This document shows positions 36,772-46,424 of a DNA stretch of 64,000 nucleotides, one piece after another (position 1 is the first letter of the stretch; each line of letters begins with the position of its first letter). The notes beneath the pieces were generated by a model, which worked only from the letters and a program-made list of their open reading frames with translations, did not search any database and was not told the DNA's origin. The DNA comes from Phyllobacteriaceae bacterium (GTDB taxonomy: Bacteria > Pseudomonadota > Alphaproteobacteria > Rhizobiales > Rhizobiaceae): assembly GCA_031422915.1 (NCBI GenBank), contig JANPEK010000135.1:5895-69894 (forward strand), written 5' to 3'. A program made the translations under genes and the position numbers.

Positions 36772-38391
36772 TCAAAGAGCGAGATACTCAAACAACCTGG
36801 CAACCGCCTCAGCACCTGGATCGACATGTCCTTCAAGCTGCGCGGCGCTGATGTAAGATGAGCGCCCGGCCTTCGCCTGAAGCAAGGTAGCGGTGAAATT
36901 CGCACCCTTGCGTGCTGCGACGGCTGCGTCCCTGATACCATTTTCAAGTGCGGCAAGGGCCGGAGACAAAGCGTCCACCATGGTGCGGTCGCCAAGACTT
37001 GCGCCGCCGATTTCCTGCATACGCATCAGGCCTGCTTTCAAAGCCTCGCGCATGGGAAGTCCACTCGAGGCGCCGTCACCTGCCGCCGCGAAGAAGATCG
37101 CCAAAAGCACTCCTGAGGAGCCACCCATTGTCTGGCTCAATTCCTGCCCGATCGCCCGGTAAAGCTGGGTGTGGTCTGAAAGGGGCAGTTTATCCATCGC
37201 GCCAATGAGCGCGCGCGCGGCACCGGCAAGCGTCGAGCCGGTGTCGCCGTCGCCGGATTTTGCGTCAAGCGCGTTGAGATCGGCTTCGATGGAAATCAGC
37301 AACTCGCAGCAGCCAGTGAGGAATTCGCGTGTCTGTTTGTGGTCTGACGGCAAGGGCATGATGGGCGTTAACCCGTCAGGCAATCCGACAATCTCGATTG
37401 GTGCGATGCGGCTGACACCGGGCCATGCTGCCAATGCGGTTTCCGTTTCCAAAGCGATGAGATCTGCGTCGCTCGCCGGGTAGACCGAAACTGAAAAGCC
37501 ATGCATGTCCAGCGATGTCATCATGGTTGCCGGGCCGATGATATGGGATATCCTGGACGAAACTGGCGAGCAGATCAGTTCATTCAGCAGAACTGACATC
37601 TCGAGCACAGATGTGCCGCCCAAATTGTTCAGAATCGCAACATGCGGCCCATCACCCATGACGGGACTCAATTTTCCAATCACGGCCGCCATCGCTTGTC
37701 TGGCACCCTGGAACGCAATCTGCTCAACGCCAGCCTCACCATGAATTCCAAGGCCTAGTTCTGCCATGCCGCGCGGGATGCGGTCCTCTTTAGGCGAGCC
37801 TGGAATGGTGCAGGTATCAAGCGACATGCCAATGCTTTTGGTGCCGCTTATGACCCTCAGCGCTGCCTCGGAGACGGCGGAAAGGTCCGCACCTGCCTCC
37901 GCCAATGCCCCGGCGATCTTGTGCACAAACAAGGTGCCTGCAACGCCGCGCGCCTGCGGCAAATCCGGCAAGGCGGCGTCATCGTCGACAATGACCATGC
38001 TGACATTGTGCCCGAACGCGCGGGCCCGCTCTGCGGCAAGACCAAAGTTCAATCGGTCCCCGGTGTAGTTCTTGACGATGAGCAGACAGCCGGCCGGGCC
38101 GGTTACCGCGAGTATGCCGGCAAGGACCGCGTCGACAGAAGGGGATGCAAACACGTCGCCGCAAACGGCGGCCGTAAGCATTCCTTTGCCGACAAAGCCA
38201 GCGTGCGCAGGTTCGTGGCCGGAACCGCCGCCAGAAACAAGCGCGACCCTGGATTTGTCCCAGTCCCGGCGGATGACCACCCTCACATGGGGATAGCCGT
38301 CCAGGCGCGCGAGTTTCCCGCCAGACGCCGCGACAATACCATCGACCGCTTCGGTGACGATATCCTCTTTCTTGTTCATGAACTGCGACAT
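36772..38391 (-). CDS. Dihydroxyacetone (glycerone) kinase, fused DhaK-DhaL type
   Basis: N-domain ..RVALVSGGGSGHEPAHAGFVGKGMLTAAVCGDVFASP... C-terminal DhaL-like domain ..SGDGDTGSTL..MGGSSGVL.. ending ..HVDPGAEAVARLFEYLAL. Confidence 0.9.
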   Translation of the reverse strand: MSQFMNKKEDIVTEAVDGIVAASGGKLARLDGYPHVRVVIRRDWDKSRVALVSGGGSGHEPAHAGFVGKGMLTAAVCGDVFASPSVDAVLAGILAVTGPAGCLLIVKNYTGDRLNFGLAAERARAFGHNVSMVIVDDDAALPDLPQARGVAGTLFVHKIAGALAEAGADLSAVSEAALRVISGTKSIGMSLDTCTIPGSPKEDRIPRGMAELGLGIHGEAGVEQIAFQGARQAMAAVIGKLSPVMGDGPHVAILNNLGGTSVLEMSVLLNELICSPVSSRISHIIGPATMMTSLDMHGFSVSVYPASDADLIALETETALAAWPGVSRIAPIEIVGLPDGLTPIMPLPSDHKQTREFLTGCCELLISIEADLNALDAKSGDGDTGSTLAGAARALIGAMDKLPLSDHTQLYRAIGQELSQTMGGSSGVLLAIFFAAAGDGASSGLPMREALKAGLMRMQEIGGASLGDRTMVDALSPALAALENGIRDAAVAARKGANFTATLLQAKAGRSSYISAAQLEGHVDPGAEAVARLFEYLAL

Positions 38392-38403
38392 GCTTGGCTC
38401 CTC

Positions 38404-39399
38404 CTACGCAATGCGTGCGCGATCCGCGCCGAAATAGAACGGCTTGAATGGCTCGATTTTCACGATGTCGCCTGCACGCAGTCGCGTGTGCGCATCTGTG
38501 ACCGTGATCAGATCGTGATTTTTGAATGACAGGTGCAGGCGCGTCTGGTCACCCAGATGCTCGACCCGCATGACAATGCTGTCCTCGCCTTTGCCTTGAA
38601 TGATCTGCTCAGGTCTGAGACCAATCGTTGCCGCACCTTGAGGCGCGCCCGCGAACAGGCTGGCAGGCAGAACATTGATCCTTGGCTGCCCGAGCCGGCT
38701 GGCGGCATAAATGCTGACCGGGTTTTCGTAGATTTCTCGCGGTGAGCCGAACTGCACGAGCCTTCCGGTGTCGAAGACGCCGATATGCGTGGCCATTGTC
38801 ATGGCCTCGATCTGATCATGAGTGACGTAAAGCAAAGTGGCGCCGCTGCTGGCTTGAATCCGCTTCAGCTCGACGCGGAGATCGGCGCGCAGTTTAGCAT
38901 CAAGCGAGCTCAGCGGCTCGTCCATCAGATATATTGACGGGTTCCTGACCAGAGCACGTCCAATCGACACGCGTTGCATCTCGCCGCCGGAAAGCGCCGT
39001 CGCCTTGTTGTCCAGCTTATGCGAGATCTGCAGGACCTGCGAGACTTCCCTGATCTTGCGTTCAATTTCCGCGGGGCTGGTTCTCAGCAAAGGCGATTTA
39101 AGCGGAAAGGCTAGATTCTCCCGCACTGTCAGATGCGGATACAGCGAATATTGCTGGAACACCATCGCGACGTTTCGCTGCGCCGGCGTCAGCCCATTCA
39201 TCGAGCGGCCGCCGATGAATATCTCGCCGGAGTCCGGCTGATCGAGGCCGGACACCAAGCGCAGCGTTGTTGTCTTGCCCGCACCTGTCGGACCGAGCAT
39301 GACGACAAAAGAGCCGTCCGGAATTGTCATGGATACATCATCAAGCGCCCGGGTGCCGCCGAAGCTTTTGCTGATGTTCCGCAATGTCACCTCAGCCAC
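38404..39399 (-). CDS. ABC transporter ATP-binding protein (second ATPase of the importer)
   Basis: GPTGAGKTT, LSGGEMQRVSIGRA, IYLMDEPLSSLD. 8-nt overlap with the upstream ATPase gene. Confidence 0.95.
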   Translation of the reverse strand: MAEVTLRNISKSFGGTRALDDVSMTIPDGSFVVMLGPTGAGKTTTLRLVSGLDQPDSGEIFIGGRSMNGLTPAQRNVAMVFQQYSLYPHLTVRENLAFPLKSPLLRTSPAEIERKIREVSQVLQISHKLDNKATALSGGEMQRVSIGRALVRNPSIYLMDEPLSSLDAKLRADLRVELKRIQASSGATLLYVTHDQIEAMTMATHIGVFDTGRLVQFGSPREIYENPVSIYAASRLGQPRINVLPASLFAGAPQGAATIGLRPEQIIQGKGEDSIVMRVEHLGDQTRLHLSFKNHDLITVTDAHTRLRAGDIVKIEPFKPFYFGADRARIA

Positions 39400-40489
39400 G
39401 GTTCAGCACTCCTTCATTCGCCTCGGAAACCAGCGCCCTGTCCCGCTCGCCTTCAAAAATGGTCAGCGTTCTGGCGTCAAACTCAAGGCCGACGGTTTCG
39501 TGAACATTGGCGATTGCGCCGGAGGGTGCCCTCGCCTTGATTTCACCGTTTGGTGTGGCAAGCGTCACGATCTGTGTGGTACCCAGATATTCGGTGGCGA
39601 TAACCTTGGCCCGGTAATTGGAGGTGTCGGAGAACCGGACATGCTCTGGACGAACGCCAAGAGTCAGTTGGCCCCTCGCCCCTTCCCTTGAAGCCGGGAT
39701 GCTGAAGGCTACGCCATTCAGCGCAACAGAGGTGGCTCCGATGCCGATCATGCCTTCAAAATTGAGAAAATTCATCGCTGGAGAACCGATGAATTTGGCG
39801 ACAAATTTCGTTGCCGGCCAATCGTAGATCTGCTGCGGCACACCGAACTGCTCTATAACTCCGTGGTTCATCACCACGATCTTGTCGCCCATCTGCATGG
39901 CTTCGAGCTGGTCATGGGTGACATAGACCGTAGTTGCATGCATCCGGTCGTGGAGCGCGCGCAATTCTTCCGCCATATGCTCGCGGAATTCGGCATCCAG
40001 CGCGCCGAGCGGCTCATCCATGAGGAAGGCCTTGGGATCGCGGACAATCGCGCGGCCAAGCGCCACCCTTTGGCGGTCTCCGCCGGAAAGCCCGCCGACC
40101 GGCTTGTTCAAAATGGCGGTGATCCCCAGAATCTCGGCGACTTCCGTCACCTTCTTTTTCACCGCAGCCTTGGGCATGCCCTGGCTGACCAGCGGATACG
40201 CCATGTTCTTGCCGACATTCATGTGCGGATAGAGCGCGAACATCTGAAACACGAAGGCGATGTCGCGCTTGCTGGCGGGCTTCTGGCCAACCTCGTCGCC
40301 ATCAATGTAAATCTCGCCGCTGGTGGGCAATTCCAGTCCCGCCATCATCCGCAGTGTCGTGGTTTTGCCGCAGCCGGATGGTCCCAGGAGCATGAAGAAT
40401 TCGCCGTCCTCAACGGTAAAGCTTGAAGACTTCACCGCATTGAAAGACCCGAAGTCCTTGCGCACGTTTTTGATTTTGATTTGCGCCAT
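39392..40489 (-). CDS. ABC transporter ATP-binding protein (first ATPase)
   Basis: GPSGCGKTT, LSGGDRQRVALGRA, FLMDEPLGALD. Confidence 0.95.
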   Translation of the reverse strand: MAQIKIKNVRKDFGSFNAVKSSSFTVEDGEFFMLLGPSGCGKTTTLRMMAGLELPTSGEIYIDGDEVGQKPASKRDIAFVFQMFALYPHMNVGKNMAYPLVSQGMPKAAVKKKVTEVAEILGITAILNKPVGGLSGGDRQRVALGRAIVRDPKAFLMDEPLGALDAEFREHMAEELRALHDRMHATTVYVTHDQLEAMQMGDKIVVMNHGVIEQFGVPQQIYDWPATKFVAKFIGSPAMNFLNFEGMIGIGATSVALNGVAFSIPASREGARGQLTLGVRPEHVRFSDTSNYRAKVIATEYLGTTQIVTLATPNGEIKARAPSGAIANVHETVGLEFDARTLTIFEGERDRALVSEANEGVLNRG

Positions 40490-40492
40490 CGG

Positions 40493-40681
40493 TTACTCCG
40501 GGAAATGGCTGACGATGATGAACATCACCGTGCCGATCAGCGTGATGACAAATGAGTAGGTGAACATCCACAGTGCAAAAGGCTGCATCAGCATGAACAC
40601 GCCGAGCGCGATCAGCACGGAGGCCACCAGTTCCCAGGGACCGCGCTTGACGCGCAGCAGGCCATTGATGAAACGGCTCAT
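40493..40681 (-). CDS. 62-aa hydrophobic peptide (two predicted TM helices) embedded in the ABC operon
   Basis: MSRFINGLLRVKRGPWELVASVLIALGVFMLMQPFALWMFTYSFVITLIGTVMFIIVSHFPE. ATGA overlap with the upstream permease stop (40678-40681). Ends 3 nt before the ATPase start. Confidence 0.6.
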   Translation of the reverse strand: MSRFINGLLRVKRGPWELVASVLIALGVFMLMQPFALWMFTYSFVITLIGTVMFIIVSHFPE

Positions 40682-41619
40682 TTGCGTACCGCTCCGAAGG
40701 TGATGCCGCGAAGCAGGTGCTTGCGCAGAAGAATTGTGAAAACCATGACCGGGACAAGAAAGATCGTTGCGCCTGCGGCGACGGCCGGCCAGTCAAGACC
40801 GCCAGAGCCGATGATTGTGGGGATGAACGGCGGGGCCGTTTGCGCAGCGCCGGAGGTCAGAAGAACCGCCAGCGCATATTCGTTCCAGGCAAAGATCAGA
40901 CAGAAGATCGCGGTCGATGCGATGCCAGCAGCAGCCTGCGGCAGGACTACCTTGTAAAACGCCTGGAACCGCGTGTACCCGTCAATCAGCGCCGCCTCCT
41001 CATACTCAATCGGAATCTCGTCGATGAAGCCGTTGATGAGCCACACCGCGAGCGAAAGATTGATCGCCGTGTAGAGAAGGATCATTCCAGCGTGGGTGTC
41101 ATTGAGGCCAAGCTGGCGGAACATCAGGAAGATAGGGATGGCCACGGCGATCGGCGGCATCATCCGGGTCGACAGGATGAAGAACAGAAGATCATCTTTC
41201 AGCGGCACTTTGAAACGCGAGAACGCATATGCAGCAGCCGTGCCGAGCACGATGGCGAAGAAAGTGGAGCTGAAACCGATGATCACCGAATTGAAAAACC
41301 GCTCGCCATAGCGCGAGGGACCGGAGATGATCATGCCGTACTGCCGTACGATCCGGTCGTACCATGTTGCCGGCTCGCCCAGCTGCTCAAGCATTTCCGG
41401 GGTTGCGCGCGTGCGGGCCGTGAAAAGGTTCACATAGCCTTCAAGCGTTGGCTCAAATAGAACCTTGGGCGGATAGGCGATTGCATCTGACGGCGACTTG
41501 AACCCGGTTGCGATGATCCACAGCAGTGGCGTGATCGTGACGAGCGCATAGAAGACGACCAGCGTTCCTGCCACCCATTTCTGCAGCTTGGATGGTTCTG
41601 TGACCGAATAACCGCTCAT
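40678..41619 (-). CDS. ABC transporter permease
   Basis: Start taken at MSGYSVTEPSKLQKWVAGTLVVFYAL (ATGA overlap with the upstream permease). EAA loop EEAALIDGYTRFQAFYKVVLPQ. The tracked ORF over-extends to 41721. Confidence 0.9.
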   Translation of the reverse strand: MSGYSVTEPSKLQKWVAGTLVVFYALVTITPLLWIIATGFKSPSDAIAYPPKVLFEPTLEGYVNLFTARTRATPEMLEQLGEPATWYDRIVRQYGMIISGPSRYGERFFNSVIIGFSSTFFAIVLGTAAAYAFSRFKVPLKDDLLFFILSTRMMPPIAVAIPIFLMFRQLGLNDTHAGMILLYTAINLSLAVWLINGFIDEIPIEYEEAALIDGYTRFQAFYKVVLPQAAAGIASTAIFCLIFAWNEYALAVLLTSGAAQTAPPFIPTIIGSGGLDWPAVAAGATIFLVPVMVFTILLRKHLLRGITFGAVRK

Positions 41620-42563
41620 CTTTCTTTGACCTTCTTCAATGCCTTCACGTAGATTGAGGCGAGACCAAACACCGTCACGAACAGGATCACGGCATAGGCC
41701 GAGGAATAGCCGGTGCGCCATTTCTCGAACGCTTCACGCTTCAGGTTGATCGACGTCAGTTCGGTCGTCGAGCCAGGTCCGCCGCCGGTCAGTTGCACGA
41801 CAAGATCAAACATCTTGAAGTTCTCGATGCCGCGAAACAGGATCGCAAGCATCAGAAAAGGCAGGATCATGGGAATGGTGATCGTCCAGAACTGCCGCCA
41901 TTTGCTGGCCCGGTCGCACTCTGCGGCCTCGTAGATGCTGTCGGGTATTGAGCGCAGACCGGCGAGGCAGATAAGCATCACAAACGGCGTCCACATCCAC
42001 GTGTCGACAATCACGATTGCCCACGGTGCCAGCGACACGTCGCCGATCATGGAGAAGCTTGACGGGTCGGTGCCAGTCAGGAACCCGACCACGTAATTGA
42101 AGAGGCCGATTTGCGGCTGATAGAGAAATGTCCAGAAGTTGCCGACAACTGCAGGGCTCAGCATCATCGGGAAGACGATGATGGTCGTCCATAGATCGTT
42201 GCCCCTGAATTTCTTGTTGATCAGGTAAGCGAGCGCAAAGCCGATGAGCACCTGCAGGGAAATGGTCCAGAACAGAAAATGCGCTGTCGCCTGCATCGTG
42301 CTCGAGATGTCGGGATCGGCAAGTATGCGCCGGTAGTTATCCAGGCCGACAAACTGGACTTCGGCATTGGGTCTGTTGACGCGGAAATTGGTGAAGCTGA
42401 GCCTGACTGTCCAAATGAGCGGAAAAATGTTGATGGCAAGCAGCAGAACAATGGTGGGCGCAACGAAAATCCAGGCAAGCGCGCGGTCCGATAGACCCTT
42501 CATGCTGGCTGCAGGATTCGGTGATACTGCACTCCCGGCGCGCTCGGCTGGAGAGTTGGACAT
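41616..42563 (-). CDS. ABC transporter permease
   Basis: Six TM segments. EAA loop YEAAECDRASKWRQFWTITIPM. Confidence 0.9.
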   Translation of the reverse strand: MSNSPAERAGSAVSPNPAASMKGLSDRALAWIFVAPTIVLLLAINIFPLIWTVRLSFTNFRVNRPNAEVQFVGLDNYRRILADPDISSTMQATAHFLFWTISLQVLIGFALAYLINKKFRGNDLWTTIIVFPMMLSPAVVGNFWTFLYQPQIGLFNYVVGFLTGTDPSSFSMIGDVSLAPWAIVIVDTWMWTPFVMLICLAGLRSIPDSIYEAAECDRASKWRQFWTITIPMILPFLMLAILFRGIENFKMFDLVVQLTGGGPGSTTELTSINLKREAFEKWRTGYSSAYAVILFVTVFGLASIYVKALKKVKER

Positions 42564-42674
42564 GGCTCGCCCTCAAATTAAGTCATTGGGAATTGTGGGC
42601 ACAGGGCTTGGCAAAACGCCAGACCCTGTGCACACGCTGATCCGCCGGGAAAACGGTGCGATCAGATCTGGCGG

Positions 42675-43994
42675 CTATTTGCCTTCGTCTTTGAACACGG
42701 CAGCCCAATCGGCAGCCAGACCATCCATGGCTTCTTTCGCAGTGCCTTGTCCCGCAACCACATAGTCATGGAAGCGCTTTTGCGAGGCTTGCAGAAGTGA
42801 TGCGTAGCTCGGTTCGGCCCAGAAGTCCTTCACGATTGCCATCGAATCCAGGAACGTCTGCGCGTAAGGCTGGCTTGTGGCAAAGCCCGGATCATTGACG
42901 ACAGCGTTGAGCGCCGAATAGCCGCCAAGCTTCCACCACTGCGCCTGTATCTCCGGCTGGGCGAACCACTTGATGTATTCCAGCGCGGCTGCCTGGTCGT
43001 CTGAGTTTGCCACAACCGAAACGCCCTGTCCGCCGAGCTGGGCGAACTGCTTGCCGCCAGGACCTGCCGGATTGGGGAAATAGCCAGACTTGTCGCCGCC
43101 GACATTGGGATCAGCATGCACGCCGGGCCAGATGAACGCGAAGTTCATCTGCATGGCGACCTGGCCGGATTTGTAGGCGTCAATATTCTGCGACATGTAG
43201 GCGTCCGAAGCGCCCGGAGGTGTGCAGCAATCGTAGAGCGCCTTGTAGAATTCGAGTCCTGCGACGGCATCTGGCGAATTGACGAAGCCTTCAAGGTCGT
43301 AAGGCTTGTCTGGATTGTCATACTGGAAGCCGAAGCTGTAGAGCACGTCCATTGCGCCCATGGTGATGCCTTCGGACCCACGCTCCGTGTAGATGGCAGC
43401 GCCGTAGACTTTCTTGCCGTCAATATCGCGGCCCTGGAAAAACTCGGCAATGTCCTTCAGCTCGGCAAACGTCTTGGGAACGGCAAGGTCGCGGCCGTAT
43501 TTGCCCTTGAATTCGGTCTGCAGTTCGGGACGTCCGAACCAATCCTTGCGGTAGGTCCAGCCGACGACATCGCCGAAGGCCGGCAGCGCGAAATAGTTCG
43601 GTGTGTTCTTTGGCCATTCCGCATAACCGGTCACGGTTGCAGGAATGAAGTCGCTCATCTTGATGCCTTCCTTGTCAAAGAAGTCATTCAATTTCACGTA
43701 CTGGCCGTTTTCGGCCGCGCCGCCAATCCACTGGCTGTCACCGATCAGAAGGTCACAAAGCTTGCCGCCGGAGTTCAGCTCGTTGAGCATGCGATCAGCA
43801 AAGTTTGGCCATGGCACAAATTCAAAGCTCATCTTGTGTCCGGATTTGGCTTCAAAATCCTTGCTCAGCTCGATCAATGCATTGGCTGGGTCCCATGCCG
43901 CCCAGCACAGGGTCAGATCGGCGGCCTGCGCCGAACCTGCGCCAAAAACTGTCAGGCCAAGAGCAGCGGCCGAGTTCAATAGTGTGCGTTTCAT
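42675..43994 (-). CDS. ABC transporter substrate-binding protein (family 1)
   Basis: Signal peptide MKRTLLNSAAALGLTVFGAGSAQA, then a CUT1-type binding-protein body. Confidence 0.9.
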   Translation of the reverse strand: MKRTLLNSAAALGLTVFGAGSAQAADLTLCWAAWDPANALIELSKDFEAKSGHKMSFEFVPWPNFADRMLNELNSGGKLCDLLIGDSQWIGGAAENGQYVKLNDFFDKEGIKMSDFIPATVTGYAEWPKNTPNYFALPAFGDVVGWTYRKDWFGRPELQTEFKGKYGRDLAVPKTFAELKDIAEFFQGRDIDGKKVYGAAIYTERGSEGITMGAMDVLYSFGFQYDNPDKPYDLEGFVNSPDAVAGLEFYKALYDCCTPPGASDAYMSQNIDAYKSGQVAMQMNFAFIWPGVHADPNVGGDKSGYFPNPAGPGGKQFAQLGGQGVSVVANSDDQAAALEYIKWFAQPEIQAQWWKLGGYSALNAVVNDPGFATSQPYAQTFLDSMAIVKDFWAEPSYASLLQASQKRFHDYVVAGQGTAKEAMDGLAADWAAVFKDEGK

Positions 43995-44078
43995 TGAGTA
44001 ATCCTCCCAAAATCAGTCCCGGCCCTCGGTCAGGATCTGCAAATGCCTGTGCGATGCCGGGTGCTGTAGAACCAAAAC

Positions 44079-44235
44079 GAGGTGCGAACCTCAATTTTCT
44101 TCCACCGGCCGGCTTCCAGAACCAAACTTCCTCCGTAATCCATGAACGACGAGTCTGAACTGGGTATGCGTCTGTAACTGAGGGGCGCACCTCAATGCAA
44201 GTCTTTTTTGAGGAGCGCACCTCAATTTTCTTGAT
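44079..44235. repeat. Three copies of a 17-25-bp motif GAGGnGCGmACCTCAAT(TTTCTT) in the divergent promoter region
   Basis: GAGGTGCGAACCTCAATTTTCTTCC (44079-44103), GAGGGGCGCACCTCAAT (44180-44196), GAGGAGCGCACCTCAATTTTCTTGA (44210-44234). The core GAGG-N6-CCTC is itself an inverted repeat. Confidence 0.6.
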
Positions 44236-44299
44236 TTTCTTCCGTGTCTGTAAGACAACCCACTTCCAGGCCCTGGAATTGCCTGCGTTTGGAGGAGCG

Positions 44300-45322
44300 A
44301 TGCGGCCGACCACGAAGGACTTGGCAAAGGCGGCGGGCGTCAGTCTCGCGACCGTCGACCGAGTGCTTAATGAACGGCCGAACGTCAGTCGCAACGCGGC
44401 TGAGAAAGTTTCTGAAGCCATTGAAAAGCTTGGGTTTGTTCGCAACCTGGCCGCTGTCAATCTGGCTCGCAACCGTACCTACCGCTTCCGCTTTGTGCTG
44501 CCAGACACGGGAGACCAGTATCTAAGCGAACTGCTACATCAGGTGGAAGAGACGAGCAAGAACCTCTCATCCGAACTTGTCACACTGGACGTCGCGCAGA
44601 TTGGCGTTGAGGACCCTCATCGCGTTGCAAATTATCTGGCGGCACTCGACGCGGATTCCATTGACGGGATTGCCATTATGGCACCGGAATCGCCGCAAGT
44701 CCGCGATGCCATGAACCGTCTGCGCGAGCGCGGGATCAAGCTCGTCCAGTTTCTCTCAGGTCAGGAGAAGCTTGAGAACGTTGATTTTGTTGGAATTGAC
44801 AATTTCGCTGCGGGAGCGACTGCCGGCAGGTTGATCGGCCGATTTCATCCAAATCAGAGAGGTCAGATTCTCATCGTCGCTGAAACCATGCAGGCACAAG
44901 ACAGCATTGAGCGGCGAATCGGCTTTGACAGGATTATCAACGAAAAGTTTGATAATCTGAAATGCTTGCCATCACTGGAAACACACGCCGATCCTGAGCG
45001 GGCCAGACGGATCATTGCGCGCAGCTTTGAATACAATCGCAATATCATTGCCGTCTACGTGCTGAGCTCGGAGGCGCGGGTTCCGATAACTGCCGTTTCC
45101 ACGTGTATGGATCTGCGCGCGCTTTCAATTGTCGTTCATGAGCGCACCCAGTTTACAGAAAATGCAATCCGGGCAGAACAAATTGACGCAATAATTGCTC
45201 AGGATCCCGGGCATGCGGTGCGGAGCGCCGTGCGGATCATGCGGGCGCGCGCTGAGTTCAGGGAACCAGTTGCTTCCCAAGAAAAGATACGGATTGAAGT
45301 ATTGATTAGAGAAAATCTCTGA
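44300..45322 (+). CDS. LacI-family transcriptional regulator
   Basis: Start at MRPTTKDLAKAAGVSLATVDRVLNERPNVS (HTH) after RBS GGAGGAG. The tracked ORF starts at 44195. Confidence 0.9.
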   Translation: MRPTTKDLAKAAGVSLATVDRVLNERPNVSRNAAEKVSEAIEKLGFVRNLAAVNLARNRTYRFRFVLPDTGDQYLSELLHQVEETSKNLSSELVTLDVAQIGVEDPHRVANYLAALDADSIDGIAIMAPESPQVRDAMNRLRERGIKLVQFLSGQEKLENVDFVGIDNFAAGATAGRLIGRFHPNQRGQILIVAETMQAQDSIERRIGFDRIINEKFDNLKCLPSLETHADPERARRIIARSFEYNRNIIAVYVLSSEARVPITAVSTCMDLRALSIVVHERTQFTENAIRAEQIDAIIAQDPGHAVRSAVRIMRARAEFREPVASQEKIRIEVLIRENL

Positions 45323-45618
45323 GGAAGCGGCAAGTTTCGCAACTTTAATTCAGACGGCAACGGTTGGCTCTCCCAATCAGCTGGCCAAATGATGTGTTCG
45401 GAAATTGACGGTGGTCAACATTTATCTCGGCAATTGGGTCCCATGACCTGAATTCCACTATCCTGCCCAAATTTGGTAGTGTGTCGAAATGAAACCTATA
45501 AGGAACTGTCGAGGAGTTGTGCCAACGGGATCTGGAATTTTCAGGGTTTAGGCTCAGCGCTTATGCGCAGTTCATAAACGGTAGACGCACTTAGGATCTT
45601 TCTGACGCACGTTAACGC

Positions 45619-46010
45619 CTATCCTTTGCCTAAAATGTAATTTGCGCATGCGGCGGGCGGGAACTGGGCGAGAAAATTTCGATGCGCCGCCAGTCGCCTC
45701 GACGGTGCGCTCATTGGCCTTGCGCACAGCCGCTTGAGCTTCGAGAACATCTCTTCAATGGGGTTCAGGTCGGAAGAATAGGGTGAAAGGAAGAAAAACT
45801 TCTTACCTGCTGCCTTGAGCAGCTTGCGCACGCTTCTGCCTTGATGGCTGCCCAGATCGTCGAGGACGATTATGCTTGGTTCGAGCGTCGGGATCAGAAA
45901 CAGATCGACCCATGCATCGACACTCTCAGCATTGATCGCACCGTCGATCACGCAGGGGAGATGTTGCCGTCGTGCCGCAATCCGGCGATGAACGTAGGCG
46001 TAAGCCTTTC
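45619..46010 (-). pseudogene. IS630-family transposase, C-terminal fragment
   Basis: ..LPCVIDGAINAESVDAWVDLFLIPTLEPSIIVLDDLGSHQGRSVRKLLKAAGKKFFFLSPYSSDLNPIEEMFSKLKRL.. is the DDE region of IS630/Tc1-type transposases. The upper boundary is approximate. Confidence 0.65.
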
Positions 46011-46018
46011 CCTTGAAC

Positions 46019-46404
46019 AGGTGGTGGGATGCGGCTGCGGACTGGCCATTTGTTATGACATCGAGTTCCTGAAGCCAGCCGCGACATGAAGCGACGAGGC
46101 GCAGAAATTGTCTTTGTCCCGACTGCCAATATGGAACTCTATTCGAGGTTCCGACAAGTTGGTGCGCGCCCGGGCATTGGAGAGTGGCGTTGCGATTGTC
46201 TATGCCAACATGTGCGGTATTGAGCGAGACCAGCGCCATGCCGGCCTCAATGGTGTTGTATCGCCCGATGGCAAGGATCCGGCGCGTGCGAGCCACGACC
46301 AGTGCATCTTGATCTGCGATCTGGAACCGGGCCTTACGCGCAATGAACGGCTGCCGTCATGCAGGCAACTGGAAGATCTGAGCGCCAGCGGGCGGGGGTT
46401 CTAA
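46019..46404 (+). pseudogene. Carbon-nitrogen hydrolase (nitrilase-superfamily) C-terminal fragment with frameshifts
   Basis: ..GCGLAICYDIEF.. (catalytic Cys context), then a frameshift to ..GAEIVFVPTANME.. and another to ..KLVRARALESGVAIVYANMCGIERDQRHAGLNGVVSPDG..ILICDLEP. Confidence 0.6.
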
Positions 46405-46424
46405 CGCAGACTTGGAAATTGCCA

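Noticed and set aside
40493-40681. Naming the 62-aa membrane peptide DUF2160 (the small protein of rhizobial glycerol ABC operons).
   Set aside because: The sequence does not resemble the DUF2160 pattern as I remember it, and the gene order differs. It is kept as an unnamed hydrophobic peptide.
44180-44200. Possible sigma-54 promoter (GGCGCAC-N5-TGCA) inside repeat copy 2.
   Set aside because: The GG-to-GC spacing is off by one relative to TGGCAC-N5-TTGC. The other two repeat copies lack the -12 GC element.
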